A stretch of 64,000 nucleotides of DNA from Balanoglossus misakiensis (lineage: Eukaryota; Animalia; Hemichordata): NCBI GenBank assembly GCA_040954595.2, contig CM082590.2, positions 434,001 through 498,000 of the forward strand, read 5' to 3'. A program made the position numbers and the translations under genes. Positions 50,503 through 62,408 of this stretch are shown in pieces. The first letter of the stretch is position 1, and each line of letters starts with the position of its first letter. The notes under the pieces are model-generated. The model saw only the letters and a program-made list of their open reading frames with translations, was not told the origin of the DNA and made no database searches.

Positions 50503-52575
50503 AAGACTATTCACACACTTTTACTATACTGAAGGTTTTGAGGAAAAACATCATTTTTGTATTCTAATACAGTCATTTTCTTGAAATTTGCACAAAATGT
50601 GCTGAAGAGAATATAGGGTTTACAGGGTTTTTTTCAAACAGACAGAACTATATGTCAGTTCAAATAGATGAAACACATCTTTGTTATGTTTTGAAAATAT
50701 CTTGGCAATGGGGAGTAGCAGTGCATAAAAGTCTAAGGCATTTTAAGAGTTAAACATTTGTACAACAATATCCAAAGTAAACACTATGTCAGCCATGCTT
50801 GAGTCTGTGACCAAGCTGTTAGAGAAACTATGGCACAGGGTGTGCAAAAAAAGACGATTCACAATTTTTCACTCTATTTTAAACTTTAACCCTAACAGTG
50901 CCAAGTCAGTAGGAAACGTAGTTATTTTCCTACCCCCCTAGAATCCCGGGCATACTTGACTGTGGAGAAATGAATTGGTATCAGACTGTGTAATGTCAAA
51001 TATTTGAACAGCTGAGTACATACTAAACCGCCTCTGCTGGGTAATTTGATCAGGCCAAGATGATCATAAACAGTGGATACAGCTAGATTGAGGCAAACGA
51101 ACCTGTCTAAATACACACATGGCAGCTAATCAAAGAAACCAACACTGTCTAAATACGTATTCCAGTGATGATACGTATCTATATGGACTTGAGACTCTAA
51201 CGGGTTATGACACCCGGTAGCAATAGGGTTAATACTGAAAAAGGACAGAAACCCTGTTTTATATTTATATTTTAAAAAGATCTCATATCATATCAGATCA
51301 ACAATATTTAGAAATCAGCCAACACGTAAAATTACTCTTCAGGTGGATAGTCGAAATTGGTTCCTGTCTAGAATGTGAGATCACCCAGTATGGTTTGATA
51401 ATTGACAAGCAAAAGTGCCAGGTGGGTGTGTACCCAAAAGCCAGTACAGTCACAGTGGACTTTTGTCAGGGGACAGCTTATCTTAATTCGAGTATCAAGC
51501 CGTTCAGAACCCATATTAAAATCTTGTTGTGGTTGAATTGTACTGGGTTCACATCTATGCCCATGGCAGGGCAAAACTAATCCCAATGATTGTGACAAGA
51601 TAACCTAATTTTTAGTCCCTGTTCACATTGAGTTTGGCACAGTCCTGGCAACGTCGTCTCGCCAACCTTTGACCTTAGAAAGCAGAACCATATTCTTCCT
51701 TTTCTGGTTGTTTTTACAATTTTTGCGATTTAGACAAGGCAATTTGACCCATCGATCGCTTTTAACAAGGTATCTGGCATACAAGAGTTAACTGGTGATC
51801 AGCCCCCAAGGCGAAACTGGCGGCGTGGTCGTCAGCAGCGTGGGAAAATTCGGCGGTCAAGAATACGCTTGGTCTTGCTTACAACAATGGCTGCAAATGT
51901 ACCATGGGTGAATACGGTCGATCAGAGAGTATGGAAAATGCCTAAATGACACTTGATTTCTTCCGTAGCCCAGTTGACTCCTCAACTCACCATTTTCAAA
52001 TGATAGACTACACTGTTATGTCAACTGTAGAGGGCATCAACTAGGACCAGAGTCGGACAAAAGGTATTCACACATACCAGGCTGGGACCAGGGTCGGCCA
52101 CAGATTGTCGGGACAATGCCGGCCAGACCTGTTCACACCTGTTGTTTTGCTTGGCCACGCATCAGGCTAAGACAAGAGCCTAGCCTTTTTGAGCAATGTG
52201 AACAGCCTATTGAATAAGCTTACCCATGATGTTTACCTTACAAGAGTTTACTAAAAGTCTGTGACTGTTGACATAGTTGCCTTATTTGTAGGGCAGATTA
52301 TGCAAATAACCCGTTCAGCGTCATGAAGGACAGTATAGGCCCCTGCGCAAAGGTCCATTACCTGGTTTGACGTGTGAATTGCCAGACTTGTCATATGTTC
52401 AGAAAACTGGCAAATTATGCCGCCATGCAAATTTTGTCTTTTTAATCGACACAGTAGGCAATGTTTGAAAATGCTCCTACGATAGAGATTTCAATCCGAA
52501 ATCAAGGGCATGGCACTGACACTTTAAAGCTCCATTACCTGTCAGTTTTTGCTCTGTTTTTAGTATTTTGTTATA

Positions 52576-53486
52576 CAGTAGACCCTCGCTAAGTCGCGGG
52601 TGGCGGGGTCCATCGGGAAACCCGCGACTTAGCGAGGGCCGCGACTTAACGAGGGGCCATGAAAAGGGGGATGGGCGGGGTGGGTGGGGGGGGGGGGTAT
52701 TGACTGAAAACGCGATAACGTACTTCTGTTTATGTAACCATTACATTGTATGTTTATTTTCTTCATTAAATTACAAGTCAAGTTAACTAAATGAAAAAAT
52801 AAAATAAGAAATGTTCAAGACACCTCGCTGATAGCGTGTCTTCGCTGCCAACGCCAGAACCACCCTGCACTGGCCTCAAACTCAAAGTCGTCTCCCCGGA
52901 GTTGTTTGGCCAAAATGCGCGCCTTCTCACGTATGATCGGGCCAGAAAGTGGAGTCCCTGTCGAACGTTCTTGTAAAAACCAAACATGTACGGCCTTATC
53001 GATGTCCTCGTTGTTGGAAAGTTTCGCCCGTTTTCTGCTCAGCCCCGCCTCCTCGTCGACTTCGAAAACAAACTGTCGCAGCTTTTCCTCGGTCTTCATC
53101 CACCCTAGGATAGTGGACTCGCCTACACCCAAATCACGTGCAACCTTCGCTTCACACGTTTAATCAAATTCACCGTTAATTGTTTGGCCGTACCGTCAAA
53201 GGCAAACCGCGACACCACTTAATTGCGTATTTTGTCAACTCCCGTGATTGACATGTTCGATCATTTTGACATACCGCAACACGTTCACACCTTTATTGGC
53301 CCTGGTGATGCGCCACAGTCGATCAGCCGCGCGCAAAGAAATACAAAATTACTGAAACATTTTGAGATGTGGCCGACAAAGCAAAATGTCGGGGGAAAAA
53401 CAAAGAAAATAATGGGAGCCATACTGTAACCCGCGACTTAGCCGAAACCGCGACTTATTGAGGCGCGACTTAGCGAGGGTCTACTG
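52576..53486 (-). mobile_element. Tigger/pogo deletion derivative retaining the CENP-B-type HTH DNA-binding region (52815-53160)
   Basis: TIR CAGTAGACCCTCGCTAAGTCGCG; TA TSD; protein GVGESTILGW...VHVWFLQERSTGTPLSGPIIREKA...FEASAGWFWRWQRRHAI. Confidence 0.9.
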
Positions 53487-53669
53487 TATGTATCTACTGC
53501 AGTTTCTTGTTCAAATCCCTGAAGCATGATGAAATGCCCAGTATCAAGCTTATCAACACAACCTATAAGTATACAGTCAGTCATTGTGCAAAGTGTGTAT
53601 TCTAGTCCGCAGAAGAATTAATTTGTCAACAATAACAATGGCAGTTACACACAAACAAGATATGTTGAC

Positions 53670-54878
53670 CAGGGTTCGACACCGGTATAAAATGTTCACT
53701 ATCCCGCAGGACCAGTAAAATGTATAATTCAGTGGTCCTGTGAAATATTTGCTAGTCCTGTCAACAATTATCATGATTTTCACATTTTTCGGAGCAAAGG
53801 GAATCTGGAAAGGGATGTATTGAGAGGTATGCATATGGCATGCTGGAAATGAGGCCAAATGTACAATTGTCACAGGCCAAAAGACTAAGTATAAGAGCTG
53901 GGAATTTATCTTTGTTGAATCTACATTGGCTTTGCAATCGCTTTATCAAAAAGAAACTTCCATAACAACCTGTACACTTGATGCGTTCAAGTCAAGGCAG
54001 ACCTAAATGTATCAATTTGTAAGCATAACCCATTCAAAATACTGTGGAATACTTTTTGTTCGCGTGGAATTTATTTTGGCTGCTTTCGCGGAGGTAATTT
54101 TTGCGCGAAAATTTGTTCCAGCGGTATGTTTTGAACACAATAGACATGAATATTAATGAGCTAGATCGACTGACCTTTGACCACTGATTACTTGCATGTT
54201 ACGTCTATGGAAAACAATCTGACACGGAACACGCACTCACGCTCACGCACTCACATGCCGACAGTCATTATCGACACCTAGTAATTGACACCATAACTAA
54301 AACTGGTTAAAAACAATAAAATCAAATGTTTGCCGACTTGATTGACACCCAAAACGCATTGTTTGTCACCTAACGGCAGTCTGTGATGTTTGTGTTTGAC
54401 GACTTAGCTTTGTCAACGTCTAATTTCAATTGGCGTACAGCGCCTTGGCTGATGACAATGTAAAGCGATCAGCGCGAAAATAAAGTCGCGCCGACGTATC
54501 AATTTTATCCATTGCGCGAAAATATATTCCAGCGATAATAAAGTATTCCACAGTATGCAAATTAGGAAAAGACGCATATGCATTCTTTGCGTCCCCAGAG
54601 ACACACACAGGAAATCAAGCGATTGCGGCCACTTGCTGGAAGAGCTGAATTCAATGCATTGCCTTACGATGTTCAAAATACAGGGGGGGGGGGATGATCA
54701 TTAACAGAACAACGGTCCACTTTCACTCACGCTGATCATGGCAAAACAAACGATGATGTTTAGCGTGTTTACGTCTGAAAGTCACTATCCCGCCGGACTA
54801 CCGGCAAAAACATTTTACTGGTCCTTACAGAAAATTACTAGACTCGGGATAGTGGGCCAGCGTGTATGTCGAACCCTG
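53670..54878. mobile_element. DNA transposon, 5-bp TSD, with nested TA-flanked MITE at 54042-54553
   Basis: TIR CAGGGTTCGACA/TGTCGAACCCTG; flanks TTGAC/TTTAC (one mismatch); inner TIR CTGTGGAATACTTT. Confidence 0.7.
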
Positions 54879-55017
54879 TTTACAAGCTGAGTACCGGGTA
54901 TGTAAGCATTCTTTTTGGAGTAAACTAAAGGAAGAAAATACACTTGGTAAACAAAACAAAAATACTGAAAATAAAGCCAAAAGGTAGCTAATGTCCCTCT
55001 CAGTAAAATACACTTAC

Positions 55018-55089
55018 CCTGATCTGTTGGTTGAGATTAGTGACTAATTCATCAGCGAATAAATTACTGCCTTGGATGGGTTCAGCAAG
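55018..55089 (-). CDS. CCDC13: CCDC13-like coding exon 2 (LAEPIQGSNLFADELVTNLNQQIR)
   Basis: CAG acceptor, GTAAGT donor, 72 nt, phase 0/0. Joins to give QQIR-ELKDENGRLYKLL. Not in the ORF track. Confidence 0.82.
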
Positions 55090-55963
55090 CTGTTATGGAA
55101 ACAAATATGGTGTTATAGAGTGTAGAATCTATCCCATTATTATACATCTGGCACTGAGAACAATAGAATTTAGTGCGCACTAAAAAAGCCGTACAGAACG
55201 ATACGTACGGAACACGTGTTAAATATGCCTTAAGTTTCAAGGCACCCCAACTCACCATGTACAGGTATGCACTGTTATGCGGACAGTTTCAAGACACCCC
55301 ACTCCAACACACGTAAACAAAAAAAAAAGAAAGATGGCTGCTCACTGTTTCAGCTGAGCGGTTTACGATCGATTGTATCGGCATTTTGAAAGCCAAGTTA
55401 TATGGAACACAAGAACTAACTGAGATGTAAGATATAATATAATATAGTTATTACGAAAATACCAGAAAGTATGTACTCGGACATTAGTGCAGGGCATCGC
55501 CCTCCGCTATGCGTTGGGCGATACTTGGCGCTAATGTCCCCGTGCATACTTTGTGGTATTTTCGTAATAACCTTATAGTATACTGTGGAAATTCTGCAAA
55601 TTTTCCCATGTTTTTGAGTTAAACATGGGGAGAATTTTTTTCTTTTTCCCTGAAAAAGTGACCTCAAAGTTAGCATATTAAGTAGAAATCAGTTCCACTG
55701 AACTTCTCCTTTAATCAGAACATTTTGATCACAATTTTAACTAAAAAGTTCTGATTCAGCAAAGCGTAGCTTGTGTCGATGGTTTACTGGCAGATGGTTA
55801 GCGACACTCTAAAACAATGCATGCTACCACAAGTTGAGTGGCCAACACTCTTTATCTGAAATTCCTGGGTAGAACAGTTTGAATATCTCTCAAAAATAAT
55901 AATTATGCAAAAGAGAGTTGATCTCTTTTTTTGCAAAATTCACTCTGACTGTTTCAGACTTAC

Positions 55964-56140
55964 ACTGAGCATCAGATCATCATCCACTTGTAATCCATTC
56001 TCTGGTTCCTTCACTTTCTGCTTTTCCTTCTCCCTCTTTTCCTTGTCTTGTTTTCTCTGTTTAAGTCTTTGCAGTTTCTTTTGTTGTTGTTCTTGCAGTA
56101 CACCGAACTGCTGTTTCAGTGTTTCACTATTGCTCTCCAT
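55964..56140 (-). CDS. CCDC13: CCDC13-like coding exon 1 (MESNSETLKQQFGVLQEQQQKKLQRLK...DDDLMLS)
   Basis: ATG at 56140; acceptor CAG just above 56164; donor GTAAGT after 55964; 177 nt, phase 0. Resembles the CCDC13 N-terminus (LxxQFxxxQExQxKxL) as I recall it. Confidence 0.88.
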
Positions 56141-56971
56141 TCTTCTTGTTCATTCCACTGTCACCTGATGAAGATTACAATCAAACCTGTGTTAGTGGCC
56201 ACCTCTATATAGTGGCTGTTCATGTAAATTATGGGTGTCCTAACAGTTTATTCAGCCACCCATTGCAAAAGTACACAACTATCATGGTATGTGCCTATGG
56301 TTGTTAGAATCTTCACAAATTCAAAATGTTGTCAATAGTCCAGTGTTCTGCCAAGGTCCTTGGCTGGTTGGGCCCCAAGGCCCCTCAAGGCCCCCTCAAG
56401 TAGGGTCATTTTAAGAAAGAATGCCATGGGGTCATACCAAAATCAATTGTCTAATAACACAGAATGCACTTTATTACACGTGACATGTTTATCAAGAACA
56501 TTGCATTCTGTTCTGAGTCACATTACTTATTTGGAAAGTCAACAATTATGATAGTATCACATAATTAGAGATGATCATACATGTAAATTGATCAGTATCG
56601 TTATTTTGCGGGTCAGCGGGTCAATTTGCGGGTCGCCCCAAAAACGATAGAAATGTGACTTCTGTATATGTGCAATTGTTCCTTGGGATAAAATGAACCC
56701 AAAATATTATTAACCCCAGTTCCTTTAAGACCATAATAACTTTCGTGAAAAATACATCTTTGTCAATAATTACAGTGGAACTGACCGGCGACCGAGGATG
56801 TATACAATTTGCTGAAACAGAATTCACTGTCATACAAAGGTTGATTTATACATGTACTTCTGTTATTTTTTTTGCCTGGACTAGAATGTCTGTTGGTGAA
56901 GATGCAGGCATTTCAGATATTTTGAATTTAACTGTCAGGCGAACGCACCTTGGACCATTCTCTTGTGGTTA

Positions 56972-57761
56972 GGGACCGTTCACGGTTCAGTTTTTACGGC
57001 TAGGGGGTGGGGTGGCAAGTTTGTGTCATCGGTTGTCAAAATCAGGCCGACCATATGATGACCCCCCCCCCCCAACCCGAAAACATTCGCTATCCTGATC
57101 TTATGTACACTGTATGCAATAAAGGGAAAGGGGCTCCTCACACCTCAATTATAAATTTCTTAAATAAATTATAAATTTCTTAAAGACATTTATAATTGAA
57201 GTGTATAATATAGCGTTGCACTAAAGAAATATATGAATAAATAAAAATGACACGCCAATGAGATAGTTGGTAGAAACTAGAATTGGTAAAACAAGAAAAG
57301 TTGAGGGGGTGGGTGTGAGAAAATTTTGTAAAATACGGTGCTCAAAATGATTTTAATGAACTCAAAAGCAAATTAACTCAATGTTGGGGAGGACTGGTTA
57401 AAATGCAACTTTCAGCCCGATATTTGACAAAATTTTCTTATAAGAAAATTTTGTAAATTTGCTTTTGAGTTCAGTAAAATGCAACTTTGAGCACCGTATT
57501 TTACAGAATTTTCTCTCCCACACCCGCCACTTTTCTTGTTTTACCAATCCTACTAGCCTAGTCCAAGCCGTATTTTGTCCGCTTTATTGCATACAGTGTA
57601 CATAGGATCAGGACGGCGAATGTTTACGTCGTGGGGGGGGGGGGTCTTCATATTTTTGGGTCTGTCAAAGGGGGGGGGGGGGGGGGGGTCAGCCTGATTT
57701 TGAAAATCCATGACACAAACTTGCCGCCCCCCCCCCCCAGCCGTAAAAACTGAACGGTCCC
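56972..57761. mobile_element. PIF/Harbinger-type MITE
   Basis: TIR GGGACCGTTCA...GTTTTTACGGC; TTA/TAA flanks. Confidence 0.7.
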
Positions 57762-58069
57762 TAAGTGCCGAAATGACTGGGGTGTCGGGGCCGAACAGAC
57801 TGGGGTCGTGAAAATTTGGGACCGAGACGACTGGGGCCGTAATAGCTGTGGTACGCATCTGTACCGTTAGGGGGGGGGGGGCTGATTACCCCACGGACAG
57901 CTGCGGGACGACCCCCATGTGCAGTTGCCCTGCCGCGACTGGCGTCGGAACATTTGTACGGCAACAGAAAACAAACTGAGCAACGACCTGTTCTCATAGA
58001 GGGATACCTTTGAAATCCGTCTAAGTGACCTTCATAATTTAATATTGGCTACTAAACTGACTTTAGCCT

Positions 58070-58520
58070 GATAAATATAAATATTGAACACCTATTGCCT
58101 GGCCATGAGGGCCATAGCGGCCGTTTATTACACCCGAGGGGCTGTGAGTTACCAGAATCATATGCTATTTATAGCATATTATTCTGGTAACTCACAGCCA
58201 CGAGGGGGTAAAAACGGCTGCTATGGCCCGAATATAGGCCAGGCCATAGGTGTTTTATAATAAACCTCATGCTAACAGTTGGGAAAATCTTGCAATTTTC
58301 TCTTGAGGTTGGCAGACGACATCTTCCGCGATGGCCATTGTGTCAGACGACGCGACCGTGATTGACGTGACCGAGTCTGCGCACTCACGCTGGTCACGTG
58401 ACCGGTTTATTTTTTTTCTGCTATTTCCCTAGAGGGATTCATAGTCGATTCTATTTTCCTATCACGTGACGGATTCTGGCGAATCACAACACAGTATTAG
58501 AATGAGGTATATTATAAATA
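58070..58520. mobile_element. Palindromic non-autonomous element (Crypton-like); related copy at 63655-64000
   Basis: Inverted arms TTACACCCGAGGGGCTGTGAGTTACCAGAAT; the 63.9-kb copy has the CCCTCGGCCTGCGGCCTCGGG hairpin. The superfamily assignment is inference. Confidence 0.5.
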
Positions 58521-58592
58521 TAAATATTATATATAAATATCAGGCTAAAGTCAGTTGGAAATGAAATGAATCGTTTGCCTTTGGTTTGAGGG

Positions 58593-60036
58593 TAGCCCTG
58601 CGTACAGGTCTGTGTCGTTCCCGGCGTTACACGGCCTCCACCCACAGCCCTGCAAGGCGCCATAGAAAAAACTGGTGCTTCTGCGGTCCAGATCCGAACC
58701 GCAGCTTTTTCGGCCGAAATTTGATTTTATCGAAGCAAAATCCTTTCCCTGTCTACTTCTACCTCCTAACCGACTCCAAATATGATGTGATTAACTTTTC
58801 CTAACGTCCGAACCATTCGCGTTTGATTTATTTTGTGTGTTTACATGTTGAGATCGCCATATTAAATATAAGGCTTACAGCGAGTTTATCTCCATGGGTA
58901 AACATAAAAGTTTTAGAAAGCGAGCGGTTCGGACGTTAGGACAAGTTAATCGCATCATATTTGGAGTCGGTTAGGAGGTAGAAGTAGACAGGGAAAGGAT
59001 TTACCCTAGGAGATAGGTGCCGTGGGCATAAAAATTAAAGCAGTCTTTTTGACCTCAATCAATACAAAAATACCATTTTTGGTCACTTTTTAATTTTTTT
59101 TCTAAAAATGGCCTTTTTTGGGCAAAAACTTGCCAAAAAGGCATTCTTGCATAACTTGGGTCAATAAATCTGCTTTTTTGTAATAGTCACCAAATTTTAC
59201 ATGGGGTGGGCATAAAATACATTATCAGATCTCCGAAAGTGAAGAAAATATATAAATTTTGAGTGTTTTCTCAAAATGACGTTTTTGGGCAAAAAGTGGC
59301 AAAAATGGCATTTTTTCTTGAGTAGGGTAAATAAGACTGCTATTTCTGGAATCAGCACCATTTTTTACATAGAATGAACATTTCATATCAAATGATCTCT
59401 GAATATGAAGAAAACAATTTTTTTAGTTTTTTGGTAAAAATGACCTTTTTTGACCTCAAAAAGTGACCAAAAATGGCATTTTTGTATTGATTGAGGTCAA
59501 AAAGACTGCTTTAATTTTTATAGTCACCACTTTTAACATAGAATTGACTTTCCATATATCACCAGATAAATCATTATGAAGAAAACCATGTGTTTTAATT
59601 TTTTTCTAAAAATGACGTTTTTGGGGCAAAAAATGATCAAAAAGGCAATTTTGTATTGTTTTGTGTGAATCGGACTGCTTTTTTCATAGAATAAGCATAT
59701 CATATGTCATCAGATCTCTTCTAAAAATGACCTTTTTTGGGTTAAAAATGGCCAAAATGGCAATTTTGTCTTGAGTGGGGTCAATAAGACTGACTTTTTT
59801 GGAATCAGCACCATTTTTTACATAGAATGACCTTCTCAAACCTTCCTTACCAAAAATTCTGATTAACGGCACCTATCTCCTGGACTAATTTTGCTTCGAT
59901 AAAATCAAATTTCGGCCGAAAAAGCTGCGGTCCGGATCCGGACCGCAGAAGCACCATTTTTTTCTATGGCGCCTTGCAGGGCTGTGGGTGGAGGCCGTGT
60001 AACGCCGGGAACAACACAGACCTGTACGCAGGGCTA
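58593..60036. mobile_element. AcademH-like non-autonomous element with nested repeats
   Basis: TIRs of about 148 bp starting TAGCCCTGCGTACAGG; 9-bp TSD GTTTGAGGG; inner foldback at about 58738-59002; inner element GGAGATAGGTGCCGT/ACGGCACCTATCTCC at about 59009-59880. Confidence 0.8.
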
Positions 60037-60369
60037 GTTTGAGGGGTGAAATGCAGTTTGTGGCACAGGTGTTCGTTCCAAAGGAAAGCTGCACCACAAC
60101 CATGCATTATGTATTTTCCCATATGTAGGAATACCTTAACACCTACCATAGACAAATTATAAAATAATTTGCATTTTTAATTTTCCTGACCTTTGGGATA
60201 CCTCCATGGGGATACCTACGACTACGTTCAATGTTCATTGACAACCGTGAGTCGCGATGTAAACAACCTCAAGATACGGTGCCTTTACACAATGTACAAT
60301 AATCGTACCTCCAAGACCCGAGCTTTTTGTCGGACAGTCTGCTGCTAAAACTATCATAGAGTTTCTTAC

Positions 60370-60460
60370 CGGTAAAATTTTAGGCATCCAGTAGAACTGC
60401 ACAATTTTGTCTGAGTCTCGTACGTGTTTTCAAGTACAACCTGTAGCTGCCATTTTGAAT
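60370..60460 (-). other. Probable non-coding first exon of CCDC13
   Basis: Donor CCG|GTAAGA at 60370 in a CpG-rich non-repetitive stretch, with a YY1-like CAAAATGGCAGC at about 60446-60457. The 5' boundary is approximate. Confidence 0.5.
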
Positions 60461-60720
60461 AAAGAATCCCATCAAGTTCTCGTTAACTCTCGTGAGGAAA
60501 GGTTAGGTACGAGAGCGTATTCTCTTTGAGAGGGCGCTCTTTACACCAGGCATGGTGAAGCCTCGAGGTGAAGCCAAGGTGAAGTCCAGCAGGGCGAAGT
60601 TTGTTTTCGTACGAGCGTACCGTCACTGTACGTCGCAGTTTGTTTAGCACAGGTCATAACATTCTCGAAGATTTCTGCTTTATGTCAGTCAAAGTAAGGT
60701 ATTTTGCTCCAATTGACTGG
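60440..60720. promoter_or_regulatory. Probable promoter region, possibly bidirectional
   Basis: CpG-rich unique sequence, TCTCGTGAG element, YY1-like motif, and a plus-strand donor-like AAA|GTAAGG at 60694. Confidence 0.4.
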
Positions 60721-61019
60721 AGCATATTGTCTCGATAAGGACACTGCAAAGAAACCACTGCACTGGTACGGGTCGACGGAATGAGACGTACGTTTTAGGC
60801 CTATGTACATACAAATTTAAATGTGGAACCGAAAGTGTTGTTGACAATCACATCATCCCAAAATGCGATCGATTGTGGTCCTTGTTTGTTTCCCATGTTG
60901 ATATTTAGATGAATAGAGAATACCCTTCGATACACTGTTCAAAATAATGTCGAGATCTTTCCTACGTTGTTGTTGTTACGTAGAGACTGGTCGGGTGATC
61001 CGTAAGGGTAACGACCTTA

Positions 61020-62408
61020 GGCTGCATTCACAAACACCTCTGGAGGGGGGGGGGGGATTTGAAAAAATTGAGGGTATGTAAGGGGGGATTTGAAATAATT
61101 TAGGGACTGAAAGGGGGGGACTTGAAAAATTTTAACGACTAAATATTTATTTTGAGTCCACAAAAATGCAGTTTCGCGCCCTTTATTTTACAAAATTTTC
61201 TAATTCACACCCACCCCCTCCATTCATCAACACCTTTCAATCATTGACTGGTTTATCTAGTGTCCCAGGTCAGGGGACTTGCCCCACCCCATGATAACTT
61301 TGAGCGGCGACGGTTAAATTTGTCCTCCCCAACATACTGGTAGTTGAGTTAAAGGGGAAATCCGCTGTAGCTGATTTCTACATAAATTGGTAGCTTTGAT
61401 GTCTCTCTTTCAGAAAAAAACATATTCGCCATGTATAGGTCGCGCGATGTTTTATAAAATCTAGGGAAAGTTGGCAAAATTTCCAATATGGCGTTTACTG
61501 TAATTTGAATCATGGGAAAAAAAGCGCCAGGAGCAACTTCCGCCCACCATGGTGTGGGTGATACTATTTTCCGATTGGTGTCACTGTGTCACAAGCTAAG
61601 CGTATTTGCATATTTTTCATGGGTTATAGCTCATGAAAACTGTCAATAGATGACAAATTTTCGACTCTGCTGATGATTGTTTATCAACTGATGCAAAGAA
61701 CGAACAATAGCTATGAAAATACGCCTAGTCTGTCGCCCAGTGACACCAATCGGAGAATGGTATCACCCACACCATGGTGGGCGGAAGTTGCTCCTGGCGC
61801 TTTTTTTCCCATGATTCAAATTACAGTAAAGGCATATTGGAAATTTTGCCAACTTTCCCTAGATTTTGTAAAAAATCGCGCGACCTATACATGGCGAATA
61901 TGTTTTTTTCTGAAAGAGAGACATCAAAGCTACCAAATTATGTAGAAATCAGCTACAGCGGATTTCCCTTTAATTTGCTTTTGCCGGGTTCATTAAAATG
62001 CAGCTTTGAGCTCTGTGCTTTAGAAAATTTTCTTACGTGGGAGGGGGACACCCCCTCCCAAACCCACCCCCTTCAATTCTCGGTTTACAATGTCTCCCAA
62101 CACAGAATACAAATATATCTACTTAAAAAATAAAAACAATGTTCAGTTTTAATACCCACTGATGAGGGGAAACATCAGTTTCAAATTCTTTTCATGGGAG
62201 CGCTGTTTTTCTTTTTACAAGATAGATAGGTGATGTGTTTTGCTCTGTGAAAGAAAATGGGGGGGGGGGGATTTCAAAATTTTGGCAGTTCGGAAGGGGG
62301 GGATTTGAAAATATTGGCAGTTCGGAAGGGGGGCATGTGAAAATTAGCGGTAAAAAAAATTGAATTCTCCCGCCCCCCCCCCCTCCAGAGGTGTTTGTGA
62401 ATGCAGCC
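61020..62408. mobile_element. PIF/Harbinger-type MITE (same family as 36525-37201)
   Basis: Same TIR; TTA TSD on both sides. Confidence 0.88.
61353..61969. mobile_element. Foldback MITE with TTAA TSD (Kolobok-like)
   Basis: TTAA-AGGGGAAATCCGCTGTAGCTG...CAGCTACAGCGGATTTCCCT-TTAA; arms over 200 bp; empty site GAGTTAATTTGC at about 36783. Confidence 0.85.
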
